NCBI GenBank assembly: GCA_020137815.1
Contig: CM035350.1
Location: 3,100,001-3,164,000, forward strand
Length of the DNA stretch: 64,000 nucleotides
Reading direction: 5' to 3'
Source: Hormiphora californensis
Taxonomy: Eukaryota > Animalia > Ctenophora
Below the pieces are notes generated by a model. That model was not told the origin of the DNA, did not search any database, and saw only the letters and a program-made list of their open reading frames with translations. The position numbers and the translations under genes are program-made. Shown here one piece after another: positions 63,904-64,000 of this stretch (position 1 is the stretch's first letter; each line of letters opens with the position of its first letter).

Positions 63904-64000
63904 CTGAAACGAATGAATCCTTGGATTATTTCTCTTTCTCTTTCTCTCTCCTGTTCTTACTACATGATCTTCAATAGAATCGCAGTTAGTGACAAATCAG

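Overview
Eukaryotic (animal) genomic DNA with compact GT-AG introns, abundant (CT)n/(GA)n microsatellites and many non-autonomous DNA transposons. The style suggests a non-bilaterian such as a ctenophore, but this is inference only. Genes in order: 3' part of a RIF1-like gene (+); a poorly resolved CT-rich 7 kb stretch; a BTB-BACK-Kelch gene (+); a 5'-truncated CRE-type RT/RLE non-LTR retrotransposon (+); a four-exon secreted DOPA 4,5-dioxygenase-family gene that the ORF track captures only as fragments (-); an outer-arm axonemal dynein heavy chain, DNAH5/8 type (+); a CCDC169-like gene (+); a secreted 6xLDLa + coiled-coil protein (-); a PR/SET + C2H2 zinc-finger PRDM gene (-); and a Shaker-superfamily Kv channel (-) whose 5' end is unresolved. 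Several conserved genes carry isolated 1-2 nt frameshifts, most likely consensus errors. Best leads: (1) the hidden secreted DOPA-dioxygenase-like gene; (2) three unrelated tandem repeats, one of them coding, all built on RFX X-box motifs, plus solitary promoter X-boxes at the dynein and CCDC169-like genes; (3) one MITE family whose two copies each abut, at the same end, a long perfect palindrome; (4) tandem repeats that multiply splice junctions; (5) Kolobok-like elements stacked on shared TTAA sites.
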